Virus record (IMG/VR): IMGVR_UViG_3300031954_000008
Location: 1 to 54,140 of that record
Strand: one strand, 5' to 3'
Length of the DNA: 54,140 nt
Origin: a virus
Taxonomy: Duplodnaviria; Caudoviricetes
Under the pieces are notes generated by a model. It made no database searches. It saw nothing but the letters and a program-made list of their open reading frames with translations, and had not been told where the DNA came from. Below are positions 17,401 to 26,400 of the stretch, in pieces. The position numbers were made by a program, and so were the translations under genes. Positions within the stretch are counted from its first letter, which is position 1. Every line of letters starts with the position of its first letter.

Positions 17401-20067
17401 CCAGGTGGCCCTGCCCCGGCTGCTCCAGCTGGCCCTGGCCCAGCAGCGCCTGCACCAGCGGCACCAGCACCAGCTGCCCCAGCGCCGGCAGCGCCTGCTC
17501 CTGCCGCGCCTGCGCCAGCAGCGCCCGCAGCGCCAGCCGCTCCTGCTGCAGGTACGCCAAATTACACGGGCCAAGACTTAGAGTTGGCGAATGCCCTTAA
17601 GGCAGCTGGATTTAACGATAGTCAGATTGTTGGACTTATTGCCCTCAACAAGGTAGAGACTGGCAACTGGGCACACCCAGAATCCATTATGGGCATGACC
17701 GACAATCAAACTGGGCCAGGTATCGCGGCTCACGTCGGTGGCTTCAGGAAGATGTGGAACAATCGCCAAGCCAGTGGATTCAAATCATCTACTGGTGGTG
17801 CAGCGACTCCTGCTGGTGCTCCGGTAGGCGGCACGGATGCTCAAGGCAATGTGACTGACCCTGGGGCATATGCTCGTTGGCTTCTCGACATGGAGGGCTA
17901 TAGCCCAACGACTGACTGGCAGGGTAACAAATATCCTGAAGGCCAGTTCATGTCAACTGACGCTTACGCAAAAGCCGTTCAGGAAGCATACAAGAATTTG
18001 CCGCCTGCTAAACCCGGTGGCCCTGCGCCAGGCGCGGCTGCTCCTGCTCCTGCTCCTCCACCGCCTGGACCCGCGCCATCGCAACCCGGTAGGGCTGGCC
18101 CGGTAGCTACGGGCCAAGAGCCAACTGTAGACTACACGCAGGGCAAGTTCATCCAAACCGCAGACGGCAAAATCGTTTTGATTCCTGATGGCGCCAATGT
18201 TGATGAGATGCTTAAGCGGTTCCCTGGTGGTAAGGTTCTAGATTCAAGTAAGCAACCTATTCCAGGTATCAAGCCTCCACCACCCCCTCCACCGCCTGGT
18301 GGACCTGCTGCTGGACCTGTTGGTGGCCCGCCCACGGGTGGTGGTCCGGTACAGCTGAACTTGGGCGACAAAGTTACGGTGCAAACAAACAGTATTGACT
18401 GTGGACCTGCGTCGGCTCGTATTGTGCTACAAGGAGATGCACAGTTTGGTGGTCAAGGCGCGAAGCAAATTGAGGACATGTTCAGTGCTGCGTATGGTAC
18501 TGGCCAAGGGCCACAGACGTACACGAACTTGCTCAATAAGTATGCGCCTACAGCTAATTACAGATTTACACCATCTGCCGGCAGTACTCCGCAAGCATTG
18601 ATGAGTGCTATCCAAACGTCTGTAAATGCTGGCTTTGCACCAATATTGAACTACAACGCACCAGGTCCAATTCGCGGCGCACAGGGTGGACCTATAGGCA
18701 GTTTTGAGCAAGGTGGCCAGATTGAACACTTCGTTGTTGTTCAAGGCTACGATCCTCAAACCAACAGAGTCATCATCCGTGACCCAGGCGTCACAGACCC
18801 GAAAACTGGTCAGGCAAGTGTATATTCGATAACCACAGAAGAGGCACTTAGGCTATCACAAAACCAAGGGCTAATCGCGGCTCAGCCGGCAGCAGGCGTA
18901 AGGGGAGCAACGCCGTTCTTAGGCCCACAGGTTAATCTGACTAGCTTCGATCAACCAATGCCGCCGCAAGCACCAGCACCGAAAGCGCCAGCGCCAGGTG
19001 GTCCTGCTCCACCACCAGCTAACCCAATGGATGCGGGTAAGTGGATAAGCCAGCCGCCGCAGGGCTGGGACATGAGCCAGCCTATCCCAATGGATGTTCG
19101 TCGCGCACATGGGATTCCAGACGAAGTACCGCCGATCTATTACGCGGCACCTGGTCCCGGTCAGCCCGGTGGACCTCCTGCTGGGCCGCCTGTGGCAGCC
19201 GTACCTGGTTCTGCTGCACCAAGTCTCCAGCCTGGTCAGCCAAATCTGTTGCCGCCCAACCCAACTTACTTCCCCAACTACCAAGCGCCACCTGGTGTTT
19301 CGTTCGTTGGGCCTAGTGGCGAGAACCTGCCGACGCAGACCCAATCGCCAGCTGACCAAGCGACGATGATCATGTCTGCCGCTGGTACAATCGGCGCAGA
19401 CATATTTACGAACATTGAAGACTTCATCAAATCCATTGGGGCAACACAAGATATCACAGACACGCTCGTGCGTGGTATCAAGAACACAGAGGACATCGTC
19501 AAAATCATTGGCGACATTCAGCAATACATCAAAACCGCTGCAGACGTGGCGAAGACAACCGCTGATATCCTTGGAGAGGCCAGTAAGTTCGTCGGAGCGG
19601 GAGCGGCTGGTGATCCGAGTGGTGGCGCGAGTGGCGCTGCGGCCGCGCTAGGTGCAGCGAGCGCGATTGCGGGTCTTGTGAGCGAAGCTCTGGGAGCGGT
19701 CAACGAAGGCATTTCGCTGGGCGTTGAAGTCTACCACGAGATTGGCAAATACGTTGGTGTACTTGAAGGTTTCCTGCTTGGCGGGGCAGCGACTGGCCCG
19801 CTCAGCGGCAACGTACGAATGTTGTTGAATACCAACACAGGCGAGATTTACACGTACAGCGAAGATAACCCGTTGAACAAGAACACAATTCGCACGCCGT
19901 TCAACAGAGCGTACACAGCTGGGCCAGGCCCACAAGTACGCAACACACAGCTGAATATCTATGCTGGTCCGTCACAACAGACTCCGTTAGAGATGATGAG
20001 TAATTCGATGTGGATTGCGAGTACTGGTGCCCCGCAAGTTGCTTCAGTATCGGCAGGGAGTGACTAA
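14416..20067 (+). CDS. Tape measure protein with inserted lysozyme-like and C39-like peptidase domains
   Basis: 1883 aa; Ala/Gly-rich amphipathic repeats, hydrophobic segments, Trp repeats and SSPAK motif; position after the chaperones. Confidence 0.92.
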   Translation: MPDYDLGRAHGEIIITADTRGADEAAASMAAVDAESKTLSGHLSEVTEALNKTEQQHGRVGQAAYKHKTAIQDLNKQYNQFHQEYQQAAQRSTKIHEEWTKAFTDKKPLTELMEFKRKYALAQEEENKLHERAVQSYARLNRAVEDARAHIRNFTQDTQTASQHLKNFANDLEKINGVVERVAHTLTNVLGTALKSLAMVGGVGAAGGLLGLLGGGGIQTIAGVTAAIVQLSGAIALLPAAAGAGGLALGTLAVGMHGIMDALKSMDDPAKFAVAIRQLAPAAQQVMITLSHFTDSYRGAMREVQQSLFAPIVDDIRPLIQTWLPLLMHAGQQIGAVFGQAMHQILQFMTTSGTLQAMNTFVTNITSAMRGLLPAIQPVMEAFRTLGVVGSQFLPQISASIVKIANEFNQWIQAAAQSGKLQQWIQSAIDGFGQLFSAIKNFGEGIANISSIASQFGGGFLQTLQQIAVEFNKWTASAEGQQTLTEFFKAAHAAAVALTPVLHTVATALGQLFTNLMNLGASMGPGINSFFQSLGQALNVLGQALIASGPALGEILTTLGQALVTIVQSVGPALPTLFRDFAQILKDLAPTLKTVAEAIGTFLSHLTPTELKWILGITVALVALGNILGTLASGIGIVTTILGGLTAAAAALDIALGPLILIILAVVAVLVVLGVVIYEVVTHWDTIKRVMGEVWETMKQWASWLGNEFVQIWDTVVNAVKAAWDAIVRFFGGIGDAFTGAWNTVKEAVSHWWDEAFDWGKHLVQSIIDGIRSMFGSMRDAVYDLFGIARDHGKTSSPAKLGPLHDDSPDSMGAAFATNYARGITEGTPAVTDAASGMAGAAASGAQGGTTTSGGVSNTGMGFSSAGGTGTSGGQVQGTSGFDQWITWLTTDMEAWKNIFQHAFNLALHIGNIMMDGAKIVASLWNRGDNPMTRPGGFFGRPLTPQEQVYGVPQVQEPGHAPLPWGEKLPGGPGAGPQEQAGDVPQVGPQGQNVAPGGPAPAAPAGPGPAAPAPAAPAPAAPAPAAPAPAAPAPAAPAAPAAPAAGTPNYTGQDLELANALKAAGFNDSQIVGLIALNKVETGNWAHPESIMGMTDNQTGPGIAAHVGGFRKMWNNRQASGFKSSTGGAATPAGAPVGGTDAQGNVTDPGAYARWLLDMEGYSPTTDWQGNKYPEGQFMSTDAYAKAVQEAYKNLPPAKPGGPAPGAAAPAPAPPPPGPAPSQPGRAGPVATGQEPTVDYTQGKFIQTADGKIVLIPDGANVDEMLKRFPGGKVLDSSKQPIPGIKPPPPPPPPGGPAAGPVGGPPTGGGPVQLNLGDKVTVQTNSIDCGPASARIVLQGDAQFGGQGAKQIEDMFSAAYGTGQGPQTYTNLLNKYAPTANYRFTPSAGSTPQALMSAIQTSVNAGFAPILNYNAPGPIRGAQGGPIGSFEQGGQIEHFVVVQGYDPQTNRVIIRDPGVTDPKTGQASVYSITTEEALRLSQNQGLIAAQPAAGVRGATPFLGPQVNLTSFDQPMPPQAPAPKAPAPGGPAPPPANPMDAGKWISQPPQGWDMSQPIPMDVRRAHGIPDEVPPIYYAAPGPGQPGGPPAGPPVAAVPGSAAPSLQPGQPNLLPPNPTYFPNYQAPPGVSFVGPSGENLPTQTQSPADQATMIMSAAGTIGADIFTNIEDFIKSIGATQDITDTLVRGIKNTEDIVKIIGDIQQYIKTAADVAKTTADILGEASKFVGAGAAGDPSGGASGAAAALGAASAIAGLVSEALGAVNEGISLGVEVYHEIGKYVGVLEGFLLGGAATGPLSGNVRMLLNTNTGEIYTYSEDNPLNKNTIRTPFNRAYTAGPGPQVRNTQLNIYAGPSQQTPLEMMSNSMWIASTGAPQVASVSAGSD
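17400..17550 (+). repeat. Degenerate tandem repeat encoding (PAAPA)n linker within the tape measure
   Basis: About seven 15-nt units such as ccagcagcgcctgca. Confidence 0.85.
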
Positions 20068-21611
20068 TGACTCTGAAAGCGTATCAGTACCAACTGGGTA
20101 ACGTGATCTTTGGCGACTTCACCAATATGCCTGTGTCTAAGTTGGAGATTCAGCCGTGGAACGTTAACAACCAAGACTTCCAGATACTCCACAGCGATGA
20201 AATCCGTTTCGGCATAGACAATCTCGTGCCGGCGCCAATCGTGTTCACGATGGCTGTGCTTAACAACTGGGAGCTTGGGAACTTACCTGCGTCAGCAACA
20301 GATGTCAGCGGTAGCGTACACGAGTCACTTCTGTATAAGTCACGAAGTCTGTTGGGACAGTTGGCGAATGAGTGGAAAGCCAACACCGTCAGGGTTACTT
20401 GGGGCGCAATGAAGGCATTGCTGTTCGCTGACGACGATGGCATTGTGCGCCGAATCTATGGGCGCCCAGGCAAATTCCAGCACGGCCCAGTCGAGCAGCA
20501 GGAGTGGGTGGACGTACAGTGCGAGTTTCGGCGGGCCGACACATACGCTTACGAGGATGTTGAGACGTACACGGAGATTGGCTACAACACTGACCCGAAG
20601 ATCATTTTCAGGGACAGAGGCGATGCCTCAGCTTGGTTCCGTCTTTTGCTCTATGGACCGCTACAGCATCCAATAGTCACGATAGGCAACGTCCAGGTTG
20701 AGCTAGGTATCGACATAGCAGTGAATACTGTTGTAGAAGTGAGTAGTTATCCGTGGATGCGCAGAATCGTTGATACCAACAACATTAACTGGCGCGCTGC
20801 TCTTATCGGCTCGTCGCAGTACCTTGATCAGCTGAAGATACCATCAGGCGTGCCTGTCGTTTGTCGTTGGACCGATACGACTCTCACGACGTGGACAGAG
20901 CTACCAAACACGAGAGTTGTTGATAACCCTGACTTTATGGACACGTTTAACATTGGCGGCAATTGGCACGTCCTAGCCGGAACACCAATGTGGGGCTTCT
21001 CTCTACAGAACGGTGGTTATCTCTTTGCGCCGTTTGGGATTACGACGGTTGTCGATAACAACCACCAGTACACAACGGCAGGCCAATTCGCGCAAGCGAC
21101 AGTAGCCGACATCTGGCGCGGTACGTCGAACATCCTCATCATGTGCGCACCGGATTGCGGCAGTTTCCTTGGGGCACAGATATATAAGTCCATAGGCATT
21201 GAAGAAGAATTTGGCATACCAACGGCTAACGATAGGCTGCGGATCGTCACAAGCACCAATTACATTGCTATGGATACCCAATTCGAGTATGCGGTGCCGT
21301 CGCCTGGCATCGTATCTGGTGATACGGTGGCGATTGCGTACGATCCTGGGCAGAAGACAGCCCATCTAATGTACAACGGTCAGGAGGTTGGCTCGTGGCC
21401 GGATACAACCGGAATCATCAATGAAGCCAACAGGTCTCAAGGATTTATCCTGAATCAGGATGATAGCATTACAGATATCAGCTTCGGCGTCGGGCTGAAC
21501 AACTTGGTTGCGTACGATGCTACGTTCACGACCTTTGGCGGGCCTGGTGACCCAAATGATATGTCCTCCAGGGTGTTCCTGTATTGGCGAGAGGCTTGGA
21601 ACATCGTATGA
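20067..21611 (+). CDS. Minor tail protein (distal tail/Dit-like with an inserted domain)
   Basis: First gene after the tape measure; RRIYGRP...F and C-terminal WREAW motifs. Confidence 0.78.
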   Translation: MTLKAYQYQLGNVIFGDFTNMPVSKLEIQPWNVNNQDFQILHSDEIRFGIDNLVPAPIVFTMAVLNNWELGNLPASATDVSGSVHESLLYKSRSLLGQLANEWKANTVRVTWGAMKALLFADDDGIVRRIYGRPGKFQHGPVEQQEWVDVQCEFRRADTYAYEDVETYTEIGYNTDPKIIFRDRGDASAWFRLLLYGPLQHPIVTIGNVQVELGIDIAVNTVVEVSSYPWMRRIVDTNNINWRAALIGSSQYLDQLKIPSGVPVVCRWTDTTLTTWTELPNTRVVDNPDFMDTFNIGGNWHVLAGTPMWGFSLQNGGYLFAPFGITTVVDNNHQYTTAGQFAQATVADIWRGTSNILIMCAPDCGSFLGAQIYKSIGIEEEFGIPTANDRLRIVTSTNYIAMDTQFEYAVPSPGIVSGDTVAIAYDPGQKTAHLMYNGQEVGSWPDTTGIINEANRSQGFILNQDDSITDISFGVGLNNLVAYDATFTTFGGPGDPNDMSSRVFLYWREAWNIV

Positions 21612-22930
21612 GCATCAATGCTGACTTCTCTGGCGGCGGTACGTTATCGGCGACAGTACAAAAGCTACAGGACACTAATACGCAGCCTGTTGTACCGCTC
21701 AGCGGTGATATGGATCGCTTTCGATTCATCGTTGAGGAAGCACGCACTGGCGCGATTGTGTCTCGTGATTTAGTAGTCACGAAGCCCAAAGTGCTTCGCG
21801 CACTTAATGGTCCGTGCAATATCGAATTTGACGTTGACTACCGCGACACGTCAGTCGCAGGTATCTTCTTCAAGCCGTGGTCCCACTGGATTCACGTTGA
21901 GAAGATGATCTATGGGGAGCGGAAGATATGGGCTAGTGGTATCGTACAGCCATCTCAGGTAGACAAGAAGACAGGCGTAACTCATTTAGTATCACAGGGT
22001 TTCGCTGGTTACCCGAAGAAGATGCCGTGGCTGGAAAACTGGAATCCGTTGGCCTGCGACGTGTTTGAAGTCGTTCACAAGATATGGAACCACCTCCAGA
22101 GCTACCCGAATGGCAACCTTGGCGTCACCGTCACTCCTGCGCTCAGCGGCATAGAGATGTTGCCCGGCTACGCTTTCAACGGCAACATACTGAACCTGGA
22201 CTTCTTCGCTGAATTCATCAGAGCTACAGACAAAGAGGACTGCGGCGACCACATCGACAAGCTAGCGCGTGACATCCCATTCGACTACATCGAATTCAGT
22301 GCGTGGAACGATGATCGCAGCGCCATCAATAAACAGATATACCTTGGCTATCCGTGGGCAGGCGTAGACCAGAAGTGGCTCGTATTCGCCATCAATGAAA
22401 ACGTTCTGGAAGCCGTACCGCATATTGAGACGCAAATCGACTGGGTCAGCGATATCACCATTGACGGCTGGTTCCCTGGTACTGAGTACAGCGCGACGTT
22501 GACCAATGCTGATCCAAATCGCTACCGGCGCAGCATATCTCAGGATGACGCAAGGGTCAACTCAAACGAACGTGCGGCCGCGTGGTCGAAGCGCAAACTC
22601 ACACGCCGGCAGACACCATCGTATTGGGACAGCATCATCGTAGACATGGGACATCCCAACGCGCCGTTCGGAACCTACGATGTTGGTGATCGAATCTATG
22701 TGCGCGGCTACATGCCTTGGGTTGGACTGGTTAACCAGCAGCACAAGATACTCGCCATTGCTGTCGATGAAGAGAAGGGCGCGTGTGAACTAACGCTCAA
22801 GCCAGAGGGCGCATACGACTACGATCCAATCATCTACGCTGGCGATGTTCAAGGCTCCGTCACCATCAAAATTGGTACTACGCCTACGATTCAACTTCAA
22901 GCTGACCCGCCAACGATTGTGACGCAATAA
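21608..22930 (+). CDS. Minor tail protein (baseplate hub/Tal-like)
   Basis: Second gene after the tape measure; ATGA overlap; YDVGDRI motif. Confidence 0.75.
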   Translation: MSINADFSGGGTLSATVQKLQDTNTQPVVPLSGDMDRFRFIVEEARTGAIVSRDLVVTKPKVLRALNGPCNIEFDVDYRDTSVAGIFFKPWSHWIHVEKMIYGERKIWASGIVQPSQVDKKTGVTHLVSQGFAGYPKKMPWLENWNPLACDVFEVVHKIWNHLQSYPNGNLGVTVTPALSGIEMLPGYAFNGNILNLDFFAEFIRATDKEDCGDHIDKLARDIPFDYIEFSAWNDDRSAINKQIYLGYPWAGVDQKWLVFAINENVLEAVPHIETQIDWVSDITIDGWFPGTEYSATLTNADPNRYRRSISQDDARVNSNERAAAWSKRKLTRRQTPSYWDSIIVDMGHPNAPFGTYDVGDRIYVRGYMPWVGLVNQQHKILAIAVDEEKGACELTLKPEGAYDYDPIIYAGDVQGSVTIKIGTTPTIQLQADPPTIVTQ

Positions 22931-23430
22931 TGACTGTTGGAACGCTTTCGACACCACCTGGAACTGTCAACGGTATCTTCTATCCGTACGCCTTGTTCAT
23001 GGAGTCAATGATACAGGGACTAGTGGACTTTGAGGCAGACATCTTCTTCATGATGCTTGTCGATCAGAGCTATACGCCTAACCAGAACACGCACAAGTTC
23101 AAATCCATTGTGGCAGGCGAACTTGACCAGACTTACAGCGGTTACACGCCAGGCGGGCAGCAGATGGCGATCAACCAGATCACCTACACGGGCAGCACTA
23201 AGATACTGTCCATAAGCGCCGGCAACGTTCAATGGCCGCTCGTTACCTTCCCAGCGCCAGGCGCGAGGTATGGTGTTATGTATGATGCTGTAACGCATGA
23301 TAATTCGGGCAGCCCTGGTTCTATGGCGTTAGTTGGCTATGTGGATTTCACAGCAAATCAGGTCGTCACTGACATGGCGTTCCAAATCAATTGGCCGACA
23401 ACAGGAATGCTGAACTTGAAGCTACCATGA
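22930..23430 (+). CDS. Minor tail protein
   Basis: YTPNQNTH...GYTPGG...LVGYVDF motifs seen in actinophage tail proteins. Confidence 0.65.
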   Translation: MTVGTLSTPPGTVNGIFYPYALFMESMIQGLVDFEADIFFMMLVDQSYTPNQNTHKFKSIVAGELDQTYSGYTPGGQQMAINQITYTGSTKILSISAGNVQWPLVTFPAPGARYGVMYDAVTHDNSGSPGSMALVGYVDFTANQVVTDMAFQINWPTTGMLNLKLP

Positions 23431-26400
23431 GTATCGACAGAGCGTTTGGCTACCAATCGCCAGAGACTAGGGCACTCTCTGCGATTGATAGTACAAAGTA
23501 CCCTGACACCAACAAAGACTTTGAGGCAAACATCGTACGCCTCAATCAATTTGTTGATTACATCGCATCGTACATTGGCCAGATGCAGAAGGGTATCGAC
23601 CAGAGCAATCAGGACGCAATCGGTCAACTCCAAGGCACCATAAGCGATATCATCGTGCTGCTTGGCGGCGGTGAACTTCTGTACGGCATAGACCTTGGTG
23701 ACCTCCAGTACTTCCTGCCGGCGATTGGCGCGCTGCTCGGCTTCGACACTACAACTCCGTTCCCGATCAACCTCTTCAACGCGGCTGAGCATTTCTTCTT
23801 GGGTTACGTTGTGCCCCTTGATAGTTTCGGCAGCGTCATCGAAGGCATCATTGATGGCTGGGCGACTGCCCTTGGCATAGACCCTGAGTGGATTCAGTCG
23901 GTCAACGACTTGCTAGACGCTATCAGCGGCTTGGCCATGAGCTTTGAAGATTTGCTGACGGCTGTCGAAGACATGATCCAGATTATGGGTCCCTTTGACC
24001 AAGTGTTCGCTGATATATGGCATTCTGTCACAGTGCTTCTCGGCGGCATGGACATCACAACCCTTGGTAATCTTATTGACCCGGTGTTTAAGACTACGGC
24101 TCCGTGGATCGAAGAACTTGCGCAGATACTTAACGGGTTGACCGCGATCATCGAGTCATTCGCCGGTGGCGTTAACGACATCAACGGCATCTTGAACTTC
24201 GCTTCGTTATTCGGCAATCTAAACTTCGTGCCGTCTGGTACTTTTGACCCAATAGCCACTATAAGCGATTGGTTCACCGGCACTGTCTCTCAGACCAACG
24301 TAGTTGCGTTACTAAGCTCTGACTTGACTGGTGGCTCTGGTATGGGTGTGACTGGTGTCATCCCATTAGAGAATCTAGCCATGGATGTCATCTCTGGCAT
24401 AGTTGGTGGGACACAAGTGGTTTGGGATGCGATTCTAGCATCTGTTGGTGTGCCTGCCGGGAGCGGTACGCAAGCGCAGACCACTACGTACTTTACAAAC
24501 TTGCTCAGCATGTTCTCTAACCCGGCGCTGCTCGCTACGCCGTTTGATCCTGTTACGTACGTTGAGGACTTTATCACAAGCTTGGTTCAGCCAACAAATC
24601 TGTTGGCGCCCATGAACCCTACCACGCAACTGCTATCTCCGGTAAATATACCAGGCCTAGACGCCAGCAAAATCACTAGCGGCCAATTCCTTTCGTCATA
24701 CCTGCCTATCTTCCAGGTGTTCTACAAAGCTGGATACAACTGGGTATTCGACCCTAGCTTTGAGCAGAACCTCAACTGGCCGGGCGCGGTTGGCGTACTT
24801 AGCACAGACGTAGCCCACAGCGGTACCAAGTCATTGAAGGTTACTGCGACTGGCACAACGCAGACTATGCATATGCTGCGTTCAGATATGGGCCCACAAA
24901 CGCTAGTCGTACAGCCTAACTACGTCTTCAAGCAGACGGCTTGGATATACCCCAAAGTCGGCAATGTCGGTGGCGGGCATATCAAGCTCGTCATGCATTG
25001 TACTGACTCCAAAGGCGTTGCTACGCCTACAGATGTAATTGCGCAAGAGCTAGCCATGCCTGCTACTGGTGCGTGGCAGCAGCTTGGCGCAACGGTTACC
25101 GTTCCTACTGGTTTCGACACTGTAGACTTCCTTGCTGTTATTGAGTCTGATATACCCGCCAATGATGTTGTGTACCTTGATGATTTGGAAGTGCTAGACA
25201 CCAACCAATCACAGAGCGTCTACAACCAAATCCTACAGTCTGTAGGCGTACCGCCTGGTGTTGGTACGGGAGCTATTGCCGGCCAATACTTTACAGACTT
25301 AATGAGTATGTTGGGCAACCCCAACGTATCTCAAGGTGGGTTCAGCCCAACAACAGCGGTAACGAATTTCATCAACACGATGATCAACCCGACTTCGTTG
25401 CTTGCGCCAATGAGTCCTGTTACCAAGTTGATTCCGGCGATCAACATCCCTGGTCTAGATGCTAGCAAAATTACATCAGGCCAATTCGCGCAGTCGATGG
25501 TCAACATCACAAGCATTGCGGCGAGCATCATCACCGGAGTCCTTGGCGCGGCACAGATTCCAGGTCTAGACGCCAGCAAGATCACGACTGGGCAATTTGC
25601 GCAGTCAATGGTCAATCTTACCAACATCCCTGCGAGCATCGTAACGGGAGTGCTTGGGGCAACACAGATTCCAGGCTTGGATGCTAGCAAGATTATATCA
25701 GGCCAATTCGCCCAAAGCATGGTCACGAACTTGACCACCGACTTGGCGAATCGTGTATTGACCACGACGTACAACACGCTGCTTAACCAATTGTATGGCG
25801 GCACAACAGTTCTCAGCTCAATTCTGGCCGGTAACGTTCCTGCGCTAGACGCTAGCAAGATCACGACAGGGCAGTTTGCCCAGTCAATGGTCAATATTAC
25901 CAACATACCTGCGAGCATTGTAACTGGTGCTCTCAATGCGGCTCAAATTCCAAGCTTAGACGCTAGCAAGATCATCTCAGGTGTCTTTACAGTACCGCTC
26001 ATCCCGCCGTTAGACGCGAGCCAGATTCAATCCGGCATGTTTGGGCAGTGGGTACTTCCCAACATACCGCTAGGCAGCATTGGGCAAATAACACCAAACT
26101 TGTTGCCTAACCCCAACTATGCCAGCGCAGCCTCTGTCGCAACCAACCCAGACTGGACATGGACCTCTGGCGTTGACCACACGGGTGACGGCTCTGGCTC
26201 TGTAAGCACTTCGTGTACCGGCGCGCTCAAGAACTTGCTCTCTGACCCGCCAACGCCAGTCGCGCCTAACCAAACGCTAGCCCTATCGCACTACCTCCAG
26301 TGGTCTGGCGTTACCGGGAGCGGCAACTGCTTCCAGCTTTCGGTACTCGCCTACAATGGGCCAAACTTGGTTAGTACCAACGTTTTGCAGACAATCTCAA

